64,000 nucleotides of DNA. It comes from Candidatus Hecatella orcuttiae. GTDB taxonomy: Archaea; Thermoproteota; Bathyarchaeia; Hecatellales; Hecatellaceae. The position numbers and the translations under genes were made by a program. Positions 56,195 through 64,000 of the stretch are shown one piece after another. The notes beneath the pieces are model-generated. The model did no database searches, had not been told where the DNA came from, and worked only from the letters and a program-made list of their open reading frames with translations. How positions within the stretch are numbered: position 1 is the stretch's first letter; every line of letters starts with the position of its first letter. Location of the stretch: the NCBI GenBank assembly GCA_002011035.2, contig MTLY02000001.1, positions 416,001 to 480,000 on the forward strand. Direction: 5' to 3'.

Positions 56195-57285
56195 GGCGGA
56201 TCCCTTTGTGGGTAGAGGCGTTGTTCCACGTCCTTCTTCAATGCGGTGATGGACTCCACGGGAGTGGGGTCCACCTGGTTTAGGACGGCGAGGTAGAGGC
56301 TGAGATAGTCGCCTAGGTAGATGAGGGACAGCATCTTCGCCATCCTCGAAGAGCCCTCTCCGTAGAGCTCATGGACGCGGGGAATCTTGCGGGTAAAAAG
56401 GCTTTTGGCCGCTTCGATTCTAGCCCTCATGTCCGGCGGCTCCTCCCTGTCCCGGAGGAGAAGGACGGAAAGCATCGAAGCCAGCTGAGGGCTAAGCCTC
56501 TCCCAGCCTTGAACCTCGTTGTGGTTGGCCTCCGGGAAAAGCTCGAACCTGCTGAGCATCTTGCTGTTCTCGTTGAGCTGAGTTTTCACCCGGTAGGCGA
56601 CGCTGGCGTATTCCCTGAAACCGTAGACCGTGGGCAAAGTGCCCTTAAGCTCAACAGCCAAGGCTTTGGCGGGATTCTTCTCCGTGGGCGTGGAAACCTT
56701 CAAGCTGCCGGCCATGGCCTCCATCACCTTCACAGCCTCCGCCACTTCAGCCTTCACGCCATCCAACAGCCGCAGCCGCTCCAAGACCACGGCTGGCGGA
56801 ACCATCAGGTAGGGTAAAGCCTGCCGGGGCTGAAGGCCCTTGGGAACCTTCACATGAGGCAGCCCTGACTCCCGGCACTGCTCGCGGAGGAAGCCTCCGG
56901 AGCTGAGGGCGAGGGTGGGGCAGCCTCTCTTCACCGCCTCCGAGAAGGAAGTTAAGGTTTCCAAGGTGTTGCCTGAGTAGCTGATGGCAACTATCAGAGT
57001 CTTCTCATCCGCGTACCGGGGTAGGGTGGAGTCCCTCCAAACCTCCACCGGCACAGGCAGCCTGTCGTAAGCCCAGTCTTTGATGAGGCTGCCTCCGATG
57101 GAGGAGCCGCCCATGCCTAGGAAGAGGATCTTTTCAAAGCCGTCGGCCTTCTCCAGACTTCCCAGTTCCGCCTGTTCCCCGATTTCCAAGGCCTGCTTGT
57201 AGTGGGCGGGGTTCTCCTCCAGAAACCTGGACATGCCCCCTCTGTCCACGGAGGCCACGGCTTCAGGGTCGTCTAGCTCTTCCAA
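56191..57285 (-). CDS. Bifunctional phosphoglucose/phosphomannose isomerase
   Basis: 'GMGGSSIGG', 'SYSGNTLET', 'SSGG', 'QPRQA', 'RVKTQLNENSK', 'PEANHNE', 'DPTPV..I..LK'. Confidence 0.92.
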   Translation of the reverse strand: MEELDDPEAVASVDRGGMSRFLEENPAHYKQALEIGEQAELGSLEKADGFEKILFLGMGGSSIGGSLIKDWAYDRLPVPVEVWRDSTLPRYADEKTLIVAISYSGNTLETLTSFSEAVKRGCPTLALSSGGFLREQCRESGLPHVKVPKGLQPRQALPYLMVPPAVVLERLRLLDGVKAEVAEAVKVMEAMAGSLKVSTPTEKNPAKALAVELKGTLPTVYGFREYASVAYRVKTQLNENSKMLSRFELFPEANHNEVQGWERLSPQLASMLSVLLLRDREEPPDMRARIEAAKSLFTRKIPRVHELYGEGSSRMAKMLSLIYLGDYLSLYLAVLNQVDPTPVESITALKKDVEQRLYPQRDPP

Positions 57286-57337
57286 AAATTTTCACCCGAC
57301 ACTTAAACCAAGAGGGCGTAAGGAGAAATAAAGGTTA

Positions 57338-58246
57338 ATGTTGAGCGGCTGGGAGATTTTTTCGGAGTCAAGGTCCATGGAGTCGAGTGCACCGAGGCGT
57401 AAGCCGCCTTTAACAGTGGCCATTCCCGCCTCCGTTGTGGCTGACACACCGCATCTGAGGGAGAAAACCTCCAAACTAGGCCTCATCGGCAGAGCCCTCG
57501 CCATCTTCCGAGTGGACTACGTGGTCATATACCAAGATGAGGGGGGAAGGCGAGAAGGCGAGCTGAGGTTCGTCGAAAGAGTCTTAGCCTACATGGCTAC
57601 ACCCCAGTATCTCCGACGGGCGCTTTTCCAGTTGAGCCCTGAACTTCGCTACGCGGGAATCCTACCTCCCCTCCGAACGCCTCACCACCCCGTCAAAAAA
57701 TCGGTGCGGGATCTGAGGGTGGGAGAAGTCAGGCAGGGCTTGGTGGTGAAGAGGGGGAAAACTCTGCCCCAGGTGGACATAGGCGTGGAGAAACCTGCGC
57801 TGTTGGAGGGTGTCCTCCCCTCCGAGAGGCTTCTCAACGTTCAGGTTACCCGTTTGGAAGGGGGCGATGTCTACGTTAAGCCTGTGGCTTTGGAGGAGAT
57901 TCCCTCCTACTGGGGTTTCCAGGTGGAGTGCGTCAACCGCCCCTTAGACGAGGTGGTGAAGCGGGGAAACTACGGCTTAACCGTGGCTACCTCCAAGTTC
58001 GGAACTCCCTTGGAAAGGGTGGCGGAAAGCCTAGTGGAGGAGTGGCGGAGGGCTGGAAAGGTCTTGGTGGCCTTCGGCTCCCCTACGGAGGGTTTGAGGG
58101 AAATCTTAGCTCGGAGGAGGCTTAGGGTGGAAGACCTGTTCGACTACACCGTGAATACTGTGGGTAAGCAGGGTACAGAAACCGTGAGGGTGGAGGAAGC
58201 CCTCACCGCCAGCTTGGCTGTCTTCAATTTTTTGTTGGAGAGGTAG
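57338..58246 (+). CDS. SPOUT RNA methyltransferase (MTH1/DUF171 family)
   Basis: 'VAIPAS', 'IGRALAIFRVD', 'TPQYLRR', 'GILPPLRTPHH', 'FGSP..GL', 'QGTETVRVEEA'. This family usually sits just upstream of rpl3. Confidence 0.9.
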   Translation: MLSGWEIFSESRSMESSAPRRKPPLTVAIPASVVADTPHLREKTSKLGLIGRALAIFRVDYVVIYQDEGGRREGELRFVERVLAYMATPQYLRRALFQLSPELRYAGILPPLRTPHHPVKKSVRDLRVGEVRQGLVVKRGKTLPQVDIGVEKPALLEGVLPSERLLNVQVTRLEGGDVYVKPVALEEIPSYWGFQVECVNRPLDEVVKRGNYGLTVATSKFGTPLERVAESLVEEWRRAGKVLVAFGSPTEGLREILARRRLRVEDLFDYTVNTVGKQGTETVRVEEALTASLAVFNFLLER

Positions 58247-58347
58247 AAGGCGGGTTCAAATATTATTATTTTAATTTTTATATCGGAAATGTATAAAGGT
58301 ATAAATCACTCTCCGTATATCTCCAATAATTTTCTGGAGGGCGCTTA

Positions 58348-59199
58348 TTGTCTGAAAGGTTTCCGCTTCTCAAGAAAGTCAGTGAAGTTATGACCAAAAA
58401 TGTCCTAACCGTCAAACCAGCTCAGAATCTGGGTGAAGCGGCTAAGGTCATGGAAGAAAAAAATGTCGGTAGCTTAGTCGTTATGGATAGGAAAAGAATA
58501 GTCGGCATCATCACTGAAAGGGATCTTCTCAAGTTTATGGCCAAGCAGTACGACCCGCGTGCTGTTGTAAAACTGAGGAAGCCTTGGTCTTCCATAACCG
58601 TAAAAGAGGCAATGAGTAAACCGGTGGTCATGTGTACTCCGGACACAACGGTTGAGGCTGCGTTGAGGCTCATGAACGAAAGGCAAATCCGCCACCTCCC
58701 CGTGGTCAAGGACGGATCACTGCTGGGGATCATTAGCTGCCGCGGCTTGGATTGGATTAGTGTCGCCGAAATAACCTCCCTCTTCCATCGGCTTTTCGTC
58801 AGCTACTGCAAGACCTTAGGCCAAATACTGAAATCTGGAGCCGCTTCCTTTACACCCAACTTTATCGAGGAACTGGTAGAACTTTTTGGGCGGAAGGGTT
58901 TCAAGCCTGTAGAAGAAGGGTTGACTGGGGCTCTTGTGGTGGCAGAGGATACTTTGAAAAGTTCGCAACTGGTCAAAGAAGTCCGTTTCCATGAGGTGAA
59001 GGCGGAGAAATACAGGCTTGAGATCCGAAACTGTATGTTCGCAGCCGAAACTCATCCTTCGCCCCAAGAGGCTGAATTCACATGCCCCCTCGCAATAGTT
59101 GCAACAGCTATCCTACGCAGAGTCACCGGTCGTGATGTGACGGTAAGCTTCTCCATCCTCAGCGAAACTGGATCCGCTACTTATCTGACCGTGAAATAA
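58348..59199 (+). CDS. CBS-pair protein fused to a V4R/methanogen-output-like domain
   Basis: Two CBS repeats ('VSEVMTKNV..GIITERD', 'VKEAMSKPV..IRHLPVV..GIIS') and a C-terminal 'IRNCMFA..H..FTCPL' domain. Confidence 0.8.
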   Translation: MSERFPLLKKVSEVMTKNVLTVKPAQNLGEAAKVMEEKNVGSLVVMDRKRIVGIITERDLLKFMAKQYDPRAVVKLRKPWSSITVKEAMSKPVVMCTPDTTVEAALRLMNERQIRHLPVVKDGSLLGIISCRGLDWISVAEITSLFHRLFVSYCKTLGQILKSGAASFTPNFIEELVELFGRKGFKPVEEGLTGALVVAEDTLKSSQLVKEVRFHEVKAEKYRLEIRNCMFAAETHPSPQEAEFTCPLAIVATAILRRVTGRDVTVSFSILSETGSATYLTVK

Positions 59200-59341
59200 A
59201 GTGCTGGACGCCTGATAAGCTTGCGGTGAACAGTAAGGGTTAAAAAAAGCTTTCCGCAGATTCTGGGTTTTTAGGAAAATCTTAAATAATCTTCGCTCTT
59301 TTGTGATGTGGTTTCCCCTTTTTAGGGTGAAGGGGTAAAGG

Positions 59342-60325
59342 ATGGGTCGGAGAAAGAAACACGCTCCCAGAAGAGGCTCCCTAGCTTTCAGGCCTAGGGC
59401 TAGAGCTGAAACTCTGGTTCCTAGAATCCGCTATTGGCCGGAGGTTCCGGAGACCAAACTCTTAGGCTTCGCAGGCTACAAAGCGGGAATGACCTACGGC
59501 TTTGTAATAGAAAACGAGCCCGGTTCAAGGGACTACGGAAAAGAAGTCTTCTGCCCCCTAACCGTCGTGGAGACGCCTCCCCTCCGGATCTGTGCCCTCA
59601 GGACCTACGAAGCCACCGTAGACGACCTGAGGACGCTGGGAGAGGTTTGGGCTGAAAAGCTTCCCAAAGAACTTGGGAGGCTGGTGAAGCCGCCTAACAA
59701 GCCGTCCCCCAAGGAGAAGTTGGCGGACTTGGAGAAAAACCTTCACAGAGCCTGCGACGTCAGAGTTTTAGCCTGCACCAACCCCCGGGAGGCTGGGATC
59801 GGTAAGAAAAAGCCTGAGCTCATGGAAATCGCCCTAGGGGGAAAGTCTGTGGAGGAAAAGTTTCAGTTTGCCAAAAATCTTCTGGGAAAAACCGTCCCCG
59901 TCACCGAAGTCTTCCAGGAAGGCCAGCTGGTGGACGCGGTAGCCGTGACCAAGGGTAAAGGCTTCGCCGGGCCTGTGAAACGTTTCGGAATACGAATCCT
60001 CCAAAAGAAATCCAGGAAGACAGTGAGAGGGGTGGGCACCATCGGCCCGTGGCACCCAGCTCTAGTCATGTCCTCCGTCCCCAGAGCCGGCCAGCTAGGT
60101 TTCGCGCGGAGAACAGAGCTGAACAAGAAAATCGTGAAGATAGGGGTGAACGGCTCTGAAATCACCCCCAAAGGCGGCTTTCTCAGGTATGGAAGGGTGA
60201 AAGGCCCCTACATTCTTTTGAAGGGAAGCATCCCCGGACCTCCCAAGCGCCTCATCAGGCTTAGGCACGCGGTAAGGGCTCCTGAGAAAATTTTGAAGCC
60301 TGAAATCACCTACCTGCATGTCTAA
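59342..60325 (+). CDS. rpl3: 50S ribosomal protein uL3
   Basis: 'HAPRRGSLAFRPR', 'GYKAGMT', 'TKGKGFAGPVKRFG', 'GPWHP', 'GSIPGP.KR'. Confidence 0.97.
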   Translation: MGRRKKHAPRRGSLAFRPRARAETLVPRIRYWPEVPETKLLGFAGYKAGMTYGFVIENEPGSRDYGKEVFCPLTVVETPPLRICALRTYEATVDDLRTLGEVWAEKLPKELGRLVKPPNKPSPKEKLADLEKNLHRACDVRVLACTNPREAGIGKKKPELMEIALGGKSVEEKFQFAKNLLGKTVPVTEVFQEGQLVDAVAVTKGKGFAGPVKRFGIRILQKKSRKTVRGVGTIGPWHPALVMSSVPRAGQLGFARRTELNKKIVKIGVNGSEITPKGGFLRYGRVKGPYILLKGSIPGPPKRLIRLRHAVRAPEKILKPEITYLHV

Positions 60326-60342
60326 AGAGGCGAGGCTGGCTT

Positions 60343-61200
60343 ATGCCAAAAATAGAGTTGGAAGAAGAAGCCGAGGAAGAAGAGGAGGCTGCCGAGGTTG
60401 AGGAGGTCTCTGTGAAGCCGGGGAACCTCCCCATATACGACTTGAGGGGGAGAGTGAGAGGCGAGGTTTCACCGCCCAAAGTGCTGGCAACCCCCATCAG
60501 GCCGGATGTGATCAAAAGAGCTGTGGTGGCCCTGCAGAGTCGGAGACATCAACCCCAAGGCCGGGACCCCATGGCTGGAAAGAGAACCACCGCCCAGTCC
60601 TTGGGTGTAGGGTTGGGAATAGCTAGGATCCCCCGGGTCAAAGGCCGCGGTACCCCCAGAGCCGGCCAAGGGGCCTTTGCCCCTGGAACAGTCGGGGGGA
60701 GACTGGCTCATCCGCCTGTGGCTTGGAAGAATATTCTGAAACACATCAACGAGAAGGAGAGAAAACTGGCGTTGAAGTCAGCCATCGCCGCCTCCGCTCA
60801 GAGGGAACTGGTGGAGGCCCGAGGGCATAGGATAGACGCTGTTAAAAGTCTGCCCCTAGTGGTTCAGGACGAATTGGAGGGAATCAAGCGTACGGGAACC
60901 CTGCGAATGGTTCTGAGGGTCTTGGGGTTGCAGGCGGAGTTGGAGCGGGTGGAGGAAAGCCGTAAGGTTCGAAGCGGCAAAGGTAAACTCAGAGGCAGAA
61001 AACTAAAGCAGAAGAAGGGCCCCCTCATCGTAGTTCAGGGAGACGGAACTCTCAGAAGAGCAGCCTCCAACATCCCCGGAGTCGACGTGGCGAAGGTGGA
61101 AAGCCTCAACGCGGAGCTTCTCGCCCCCGGAGCCCATCCCGGACGGCTTACGATTTGGAGCGAGTCAGCCTTTAAGAGGCTGGGAGAGCTTTTCTCTTGA
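60343..61200 (+). CDS. rpl4: 50S ribosomal protein uL4
   Basis: 'RPDVIKRAV', '[13 protein letters not shown]', 'GGRLAHPP', '[14 protein letters not shown]'. Alternative GTG start at 60412. Confidence 0.97.
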   Translation: MPKIELEEEAEEEEEAAEVEEVSVKPGNLPIYDLRGRVRGEVSPPKVLATPIRPDVIKRAVVALQSRRHQPQGRDPMAGKRTTAQSLGVGLGIARIPRVKGRGTPRAGQGAFAPGTVGGRLAHPPVAWKNILKHINEKERKLALKSAIAASAQRELVEARGHRIDAVKSLPLVVQDELEGIKRTGTLRMVLRVLGLQAELERVEESRKVRSGKGKLRGRKLKQKKGPLIVVQGDGTLRRAASNIPGVDVAKVESLNAELLAPGAHPGRLTIWSESAFKRLGELFS

Positions 61201-61216
61201 AGGAGGTGCCTGGGTT

Positions 61217-61483
61217 TTGAAGCTCAGCCCCCATAAGGTCATCCTTCATCCGGTGATAACCGAGGATGCTGTGGCCCTCATCGAAACCGAAAACAAGCTG
61301 GTCTTCGTCGTCGACAGGAGGGCGGGTAAGGAGCAGATAAAGAGGACGGTGGAAACCCTCTACAAGGTAGGCGTGGAGAAGGTGAACACTGTCATAACCC
61401 CCAGAGGGCAGAAGAAAGCCTTCATCAAGCTTAAACCCGAATTTAAGGCTTCAGAAATAGCCATAAAGCTGGGCATCCTCTAA
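61217..61483 (+). CDS. rpl23: 50S ribosomal protein uL23
   Basis: 'HPVITE', 'ENKLVFVVD', '[18 protein letters not shown]', 'IAIKLGIL'. Confidence 0.97.
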   Translation: MKLSPHKVILHPVITEDAVALIETENKLVFVVDRRAGKEQIKRTVETLYKVGVEKVNTVITPRGQKKAFIKLKPEFKASEIAIKLGIL

Positions 61484-61689
61484 AGGACCAACCGCTAACC
61501 CATGGGCAAATGAATTAAAGCGATTCGTTGAAGGGCATCAATCGCTTTTGCTAACCATACTGTCCCGAAGAAGATAGAGGGAATACAAGTCCTGAGCAGA
61601 TTGGAACTCATATAAATTGTGGAAGAAAGTTTGCGTTTTCAACGGCATACGGCTATATTTTTTATGGCATTCGGAATTCTCGCTGGGAA

Positions 61690-61939
61690 GATGTTTAGCC
61701 GTCCCTTCCTTGCCTCGCATCTTAGATATAACGGGCTTCATGATGTCGGCATCTAGAATGCCTATTAGGTTTGGTCGACCCTTCCATGCTAGGGCAGTTG
61801 CCAAGTTTCCTGTTACCGTGCTTTTCCCAACGCCACCTTTACCGCTTAGAATGACCAGTTTATGTTTGACCCTTGCCATTGAGGTTTTGATGCAGTGTTC
61901 TTGTTCTTCAATTTCTTTTCTTCGGTCTTTCGTGGGCAG
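61690..61939 (-). pseudogene. Truncated Mrp/NBP35 (ApbC) P-loop ATPase
   Basis: 'VKHKLVILSGKGGVGKSTV..NLA..LA' and 'GILDADI'. Similarity is lost after about 60 residues from the ATG and the CPxC domain is missing. Endpoints approximate. Confidence 0.75.
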
Positions 61940-61950
61940 CCCACCTGAAT

Positions 61951-62535
61951 TTACCCTTTCTCAAGTTCTTCCATTCTTTTCTTAACCTGTTCCAGCTGCT
62001 GCTGTAGGTTTTTTATATGGTTTTCAAGCATCTGCATTTCTTGCTCCTTTGACGCAGAGCGATCTGCCACGGAAGAGATACCGGTTGGTGGTTGAGTGGG
62101 ATAAGGCGGGGTAATCTGTCCTCTTCCCCGGCCCATACCTCGGCCCACGCCTCTTCCGCGGCCCATACCTGAGCCCATTCCAAAACCCATGGGAGCGGTA
62201 GGGCCGCCGGTAGCGGTTAGTTGACCTTTCTTGAATCTCTCAACAGCCTCCCTGACCGTGCCTGATGCACCCGTTATGAGTTCGATTCCTGCTGATGAGA
62301 GGACCTGGTAGGCGTTGGGGCCGACGTTTCCTGTTATGACTACTTTTACTCCTTTGTTTGCAACTGTTTGTGCTGCTTGGATTCCGGCGCCGCCCATAGC
62401 ACCTGCGCTGATGTTGGGTATGGCCTCAAACTCCATGGTTTCGCTGTTAACTATTACAAAACACTGGCATCTTCCGAATCGCGGGTCAATTTGAGCGTCT
62501 AAATCGCCGGAAACAGCGCTTACACAAATCTTCAT
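61951..62535 (-). CDS. NifB/NifX (FeMo-cofactor-binding-like) protein fused to a Gly/Arg-rich linker and DUF5320-like coiled coil
   Basis: 'IDPRFGRCQCF', 'GGAGIQAAQ', 'ITGNVGPNA', then 'GMGRGRGVGRGMGRGRG' and 'EQEMQMLENHIKNLQQQLEQVKKRMEEL'. Confidence 0.88.
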   Translation of the reverse strand: MKICVSAVSGDLDAQIDPRFGRCQCFVIVNSETMEFEAIPNISAGAMGGAGIQAAQTVANKGVKVVITGNVGPNAYQVLSSAGIELITGASGTVREAVERFKKGQLTATGGPTAPMGFGMGSGMGRGRGVGRGMGRGRGQITPPYPTQPPTGISSVADRSASKEQEMQMLENHIKNLQQQLEQVKKRMEELEKG

Positions 62536-62556
62536 CCATCATGCCTCCTTTTAAGA

Positions 62557-62622
62557 ATATGTGCATTACCACAAAATATAAATATTGCTATTGCACAAAA
62601 TGTTATGTGCAAAAACACATAA
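62557..62622. promoter_or_regulatory. Divergent promoter with two 7-6-7 inverted-repeat operators flanking a TATA box
   Basis: Perfect TTATGTG-CAAAAA-CACATAA (62603-62622) and imperfect ATATGTG-CATTAC-CACAAAA (62557-62576), with TATAAATA between them. Confidence 0.7.
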
Positions 62623-62644
62623 TTGAGAGGAGAGCTAAATATAA

Positions 62645-62956
62645 ATGGCTTGGGGTTGGTTCGGTCGAGGTCGTGGCGGATGGGCTGGTCCATGGCCAGG
62701 AAGAGGCCCGTTCAGCTACCTGCCTCCTTGGCAGAGACCGGGGTGGTGGTTCGGCAGAGGAGCATATTGGTGGCTCCTCGCACCCTATATCTGGAGCCAA
62801 TACGGGTATCCCAGCTACTATGGATATCCACCTTTCAGATATCAAGCCTACGGTCCATACTCACCACCGCTCGGCTATCCGGCTTACGCGCCTTGGCCGT
62901 ACTTAGGTTATCTAGCCACCGCTCAACAGTATAGATTCCCTCCCCTCTGGTGGTGA
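62645..62956 (+). CDS. Low-complexity G/W/P/Y-rich small protein (DUF5320-associated)
   Basis: GAGAGGAGAG SD-like sequence upstream; 'WPGRGPFSYLPPWQRPGW' and PY/GY repeats. Confidence 0.65.
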   Translation: MAWGWFGRGRGGWAGPWPGRGPFSYLPPWQRPGWWFGRGAYWWLLAPYIWSQYGYPSYYGYPPFRYQAYGPYSPPLGYPAYAPWPYLGYLATAQQYRFPPLWW

Positions 62957-63504
62957 AAGACATGGGTTATAGATGGAGAAGAATGTATTACGCCACAGGT
63001 CTGCCCGGATGGATGAGGTTCGGTTATTCTCCCGGATGGGTGGGCAGATCCCCGACAGGGCTGCCTCCAACTGCTGAATGGTTGATGGTAAGCGGATTAG
63101 TGCCGCAGTACCGTGAATACCTCAGAACACAAGCACTTACTTCTCCGACTGCTGTTCCGTCGACAGCACCGACGCCATCGCTAGGCATCCCGGTAACAAA
63201 GGAACAGGAAAGACAGATGCTCGAGCATCAAGTGAAGGCCATCGAATCCCAACTGGATGCCACGAAAAGGAAACTGGAAAAATTACGCGAGAGCACCTCA
63301 ACCCGGCAACAGCAGTAAATTCCATCATACTATCCAGTTGCACCCTACGGTTACCCGCCGATACCCTACGGTACTCCGTCACCTGAAGAAGAACTAACTT
63401 CACTCGAAGACTACAGGAAAAACCTAGGCGATGAAGTCAAAGGCGTAGAGGCTAGAATCGAAGAGTTGAAGAAACTCGTAGAGCAAAAAAAGACCTCCAC
63501 ATAA
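62950..63504 (+). CDS. DUF5320-family protein, interrupted by an in-frame TAA at 63316-63318
   Basis: 'WRRMYYATGLPGWMRFG', coiled coil 'EQERQMLEHQVKAIESQL'. After the TAA the same frame encodes 61 more residues ('IPSYYPVAPYGYPP...SPEEELTSLEDYRKNL..EARIEELKK') to TAA at 63502-63504. Confidence 0.7.
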
Positions 63505-63541
63505 ACGGCTGATAGACCTCATAACGCCTTCCGGTAAGTAG

Positions 63542-63803
63542 ATGGACAAAGAAAGAGCTCGAATAACCGTAGCCAGCTAAAGGAGACTTAGATTATTGTA
63601 TCAAACGTATTCGGTAAGACTGTTACATTCACCCTCACGGATATCGTAAAGGACAACTAAAAATGTGGAAGTACCTAATTCAGCTACATCCTATGAACAT
63701 GTAACCAAACCTATCGTTGTAAAGACTGTTGCAGATTCTGGAGTAAACGTGATAATACAAGTGAGACAGGTTTTGGCGAATCAGCGTTGCCAAACAACAT
63801 AAA
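63542..63803 (+). pseudogene. Degraded NifB/NifX-family gene
   Basis: Fragments in shifting frames with internal stops: 'MDKERARITVAS*', 'VSNVFGKTVTFTLTDIV', 'NVEVPNSATSYEHVTKPIVVKTVADSGVNVII'. Confidence 0.65.
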
Positions 63804-63804
63804 C

Positions 63805-64000
63805 ATGTCTCATGAAGTTAAGATATCAAAGATAACCAAAGCAAAGAGGTCTAAGAGTGTTGAAGATTACTTAGAAGCAATATACAATTCGACAAAAAAG
63901 GGCTACGCCAGAAACCTCGAGATCTCCTTCGCCTTAAAAGTCCGACCGCCCAGCGTCACTGAAATGCTACAGAAACTACATCGGAACAAGTTAGTTGTCT
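63805..64000 (+). CDS. DtxR/MntR-family metal-dependent regulator (3'-partial)
   Basis: Not in the ORF track. ATG at 63805 gives 'SKSVEDYLEAIY...GYARNLEISFALKVRPPSVTEMLQKL', which runs off the window. Confidence 0.85.
   Translation, partial: MSHEVKISKITKAKRSKSVEDYLEAIYNSTKKGYARNLEISFALKVRPPSVTEMLQKLHRNKLVV

Noticed and set aside
61483-61540. rpl2 does not follow rpl23
   Set aside because: Splitting of the S10-like cluster after uL23 occurs in several TACK lineages, so it is not evidence of disruption by itself.
1-64000. tRNA, rRNA, CRISPR arrays, integrases and transposases
   Set aside because: None recognised by eye in intergenic regions or ORFs; a covariance-model scan would be needed to exclude small RNAs.

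Overview
Archaeal genomic fragment: class I CCA enzyme, archaeal uL3/uL4/uL23, stand-alone MtrH and a LipS1/LipS2 lipoate pathway. The gene set best fits TACK/Bathyarchaeia, which is an inference. There are three compositional zones. (1) About 1-34 kb is a large surface-glycan/glycolipid locus, strongly AT-rich up to about 23.5 kb. It holds two YfhO/AftD-like GT-C membrane proteins, a flippase, five GT4 and three GT2 glycosyltransferases, a candidate branched C-methyl/N-methyl amino-deoxysugar pathway, several SAM methyltransferases, two B12-radical SAM enzymes, a GalU-Ugd-Uxs (UDP-xylose) pathway, and intact and decayed toxin-antitoxin genes. (2) About 34-61.5 kb is GC-rich core-like sequence: AlkP-family enzyme plus cysC, thpR-cca, mtrH, thiL, a hemerythrin/Fe-S stress module with a visible operator, a methanogenesis-marker-14 / RACo / MtaA-family corrinoid cluster, a complete gcvH-lipS2-lplAB-lipS1 cluster, PGI/PMI, a SPOUT methyltransferase and rpl3-rpl4-rpl23. 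(3) About 61.5-64 kb is a decaying NifB/NifX-Mrp-DUF5320-DtxR islet. The best candidates for undescribed biology are the tandem-ASKHA-ATPase corrinoid maintenance module built around marker 14, the actinomycete-like branched amino-sugar pathway, the HpnI/HpnJ-like radical SAM pair, and the AlkP+CysC putative sulfation pair. I saw no tRNA, rRNA, CRISPR array or transposase. All family assignments come from motif recognition by eye; no database search was run.
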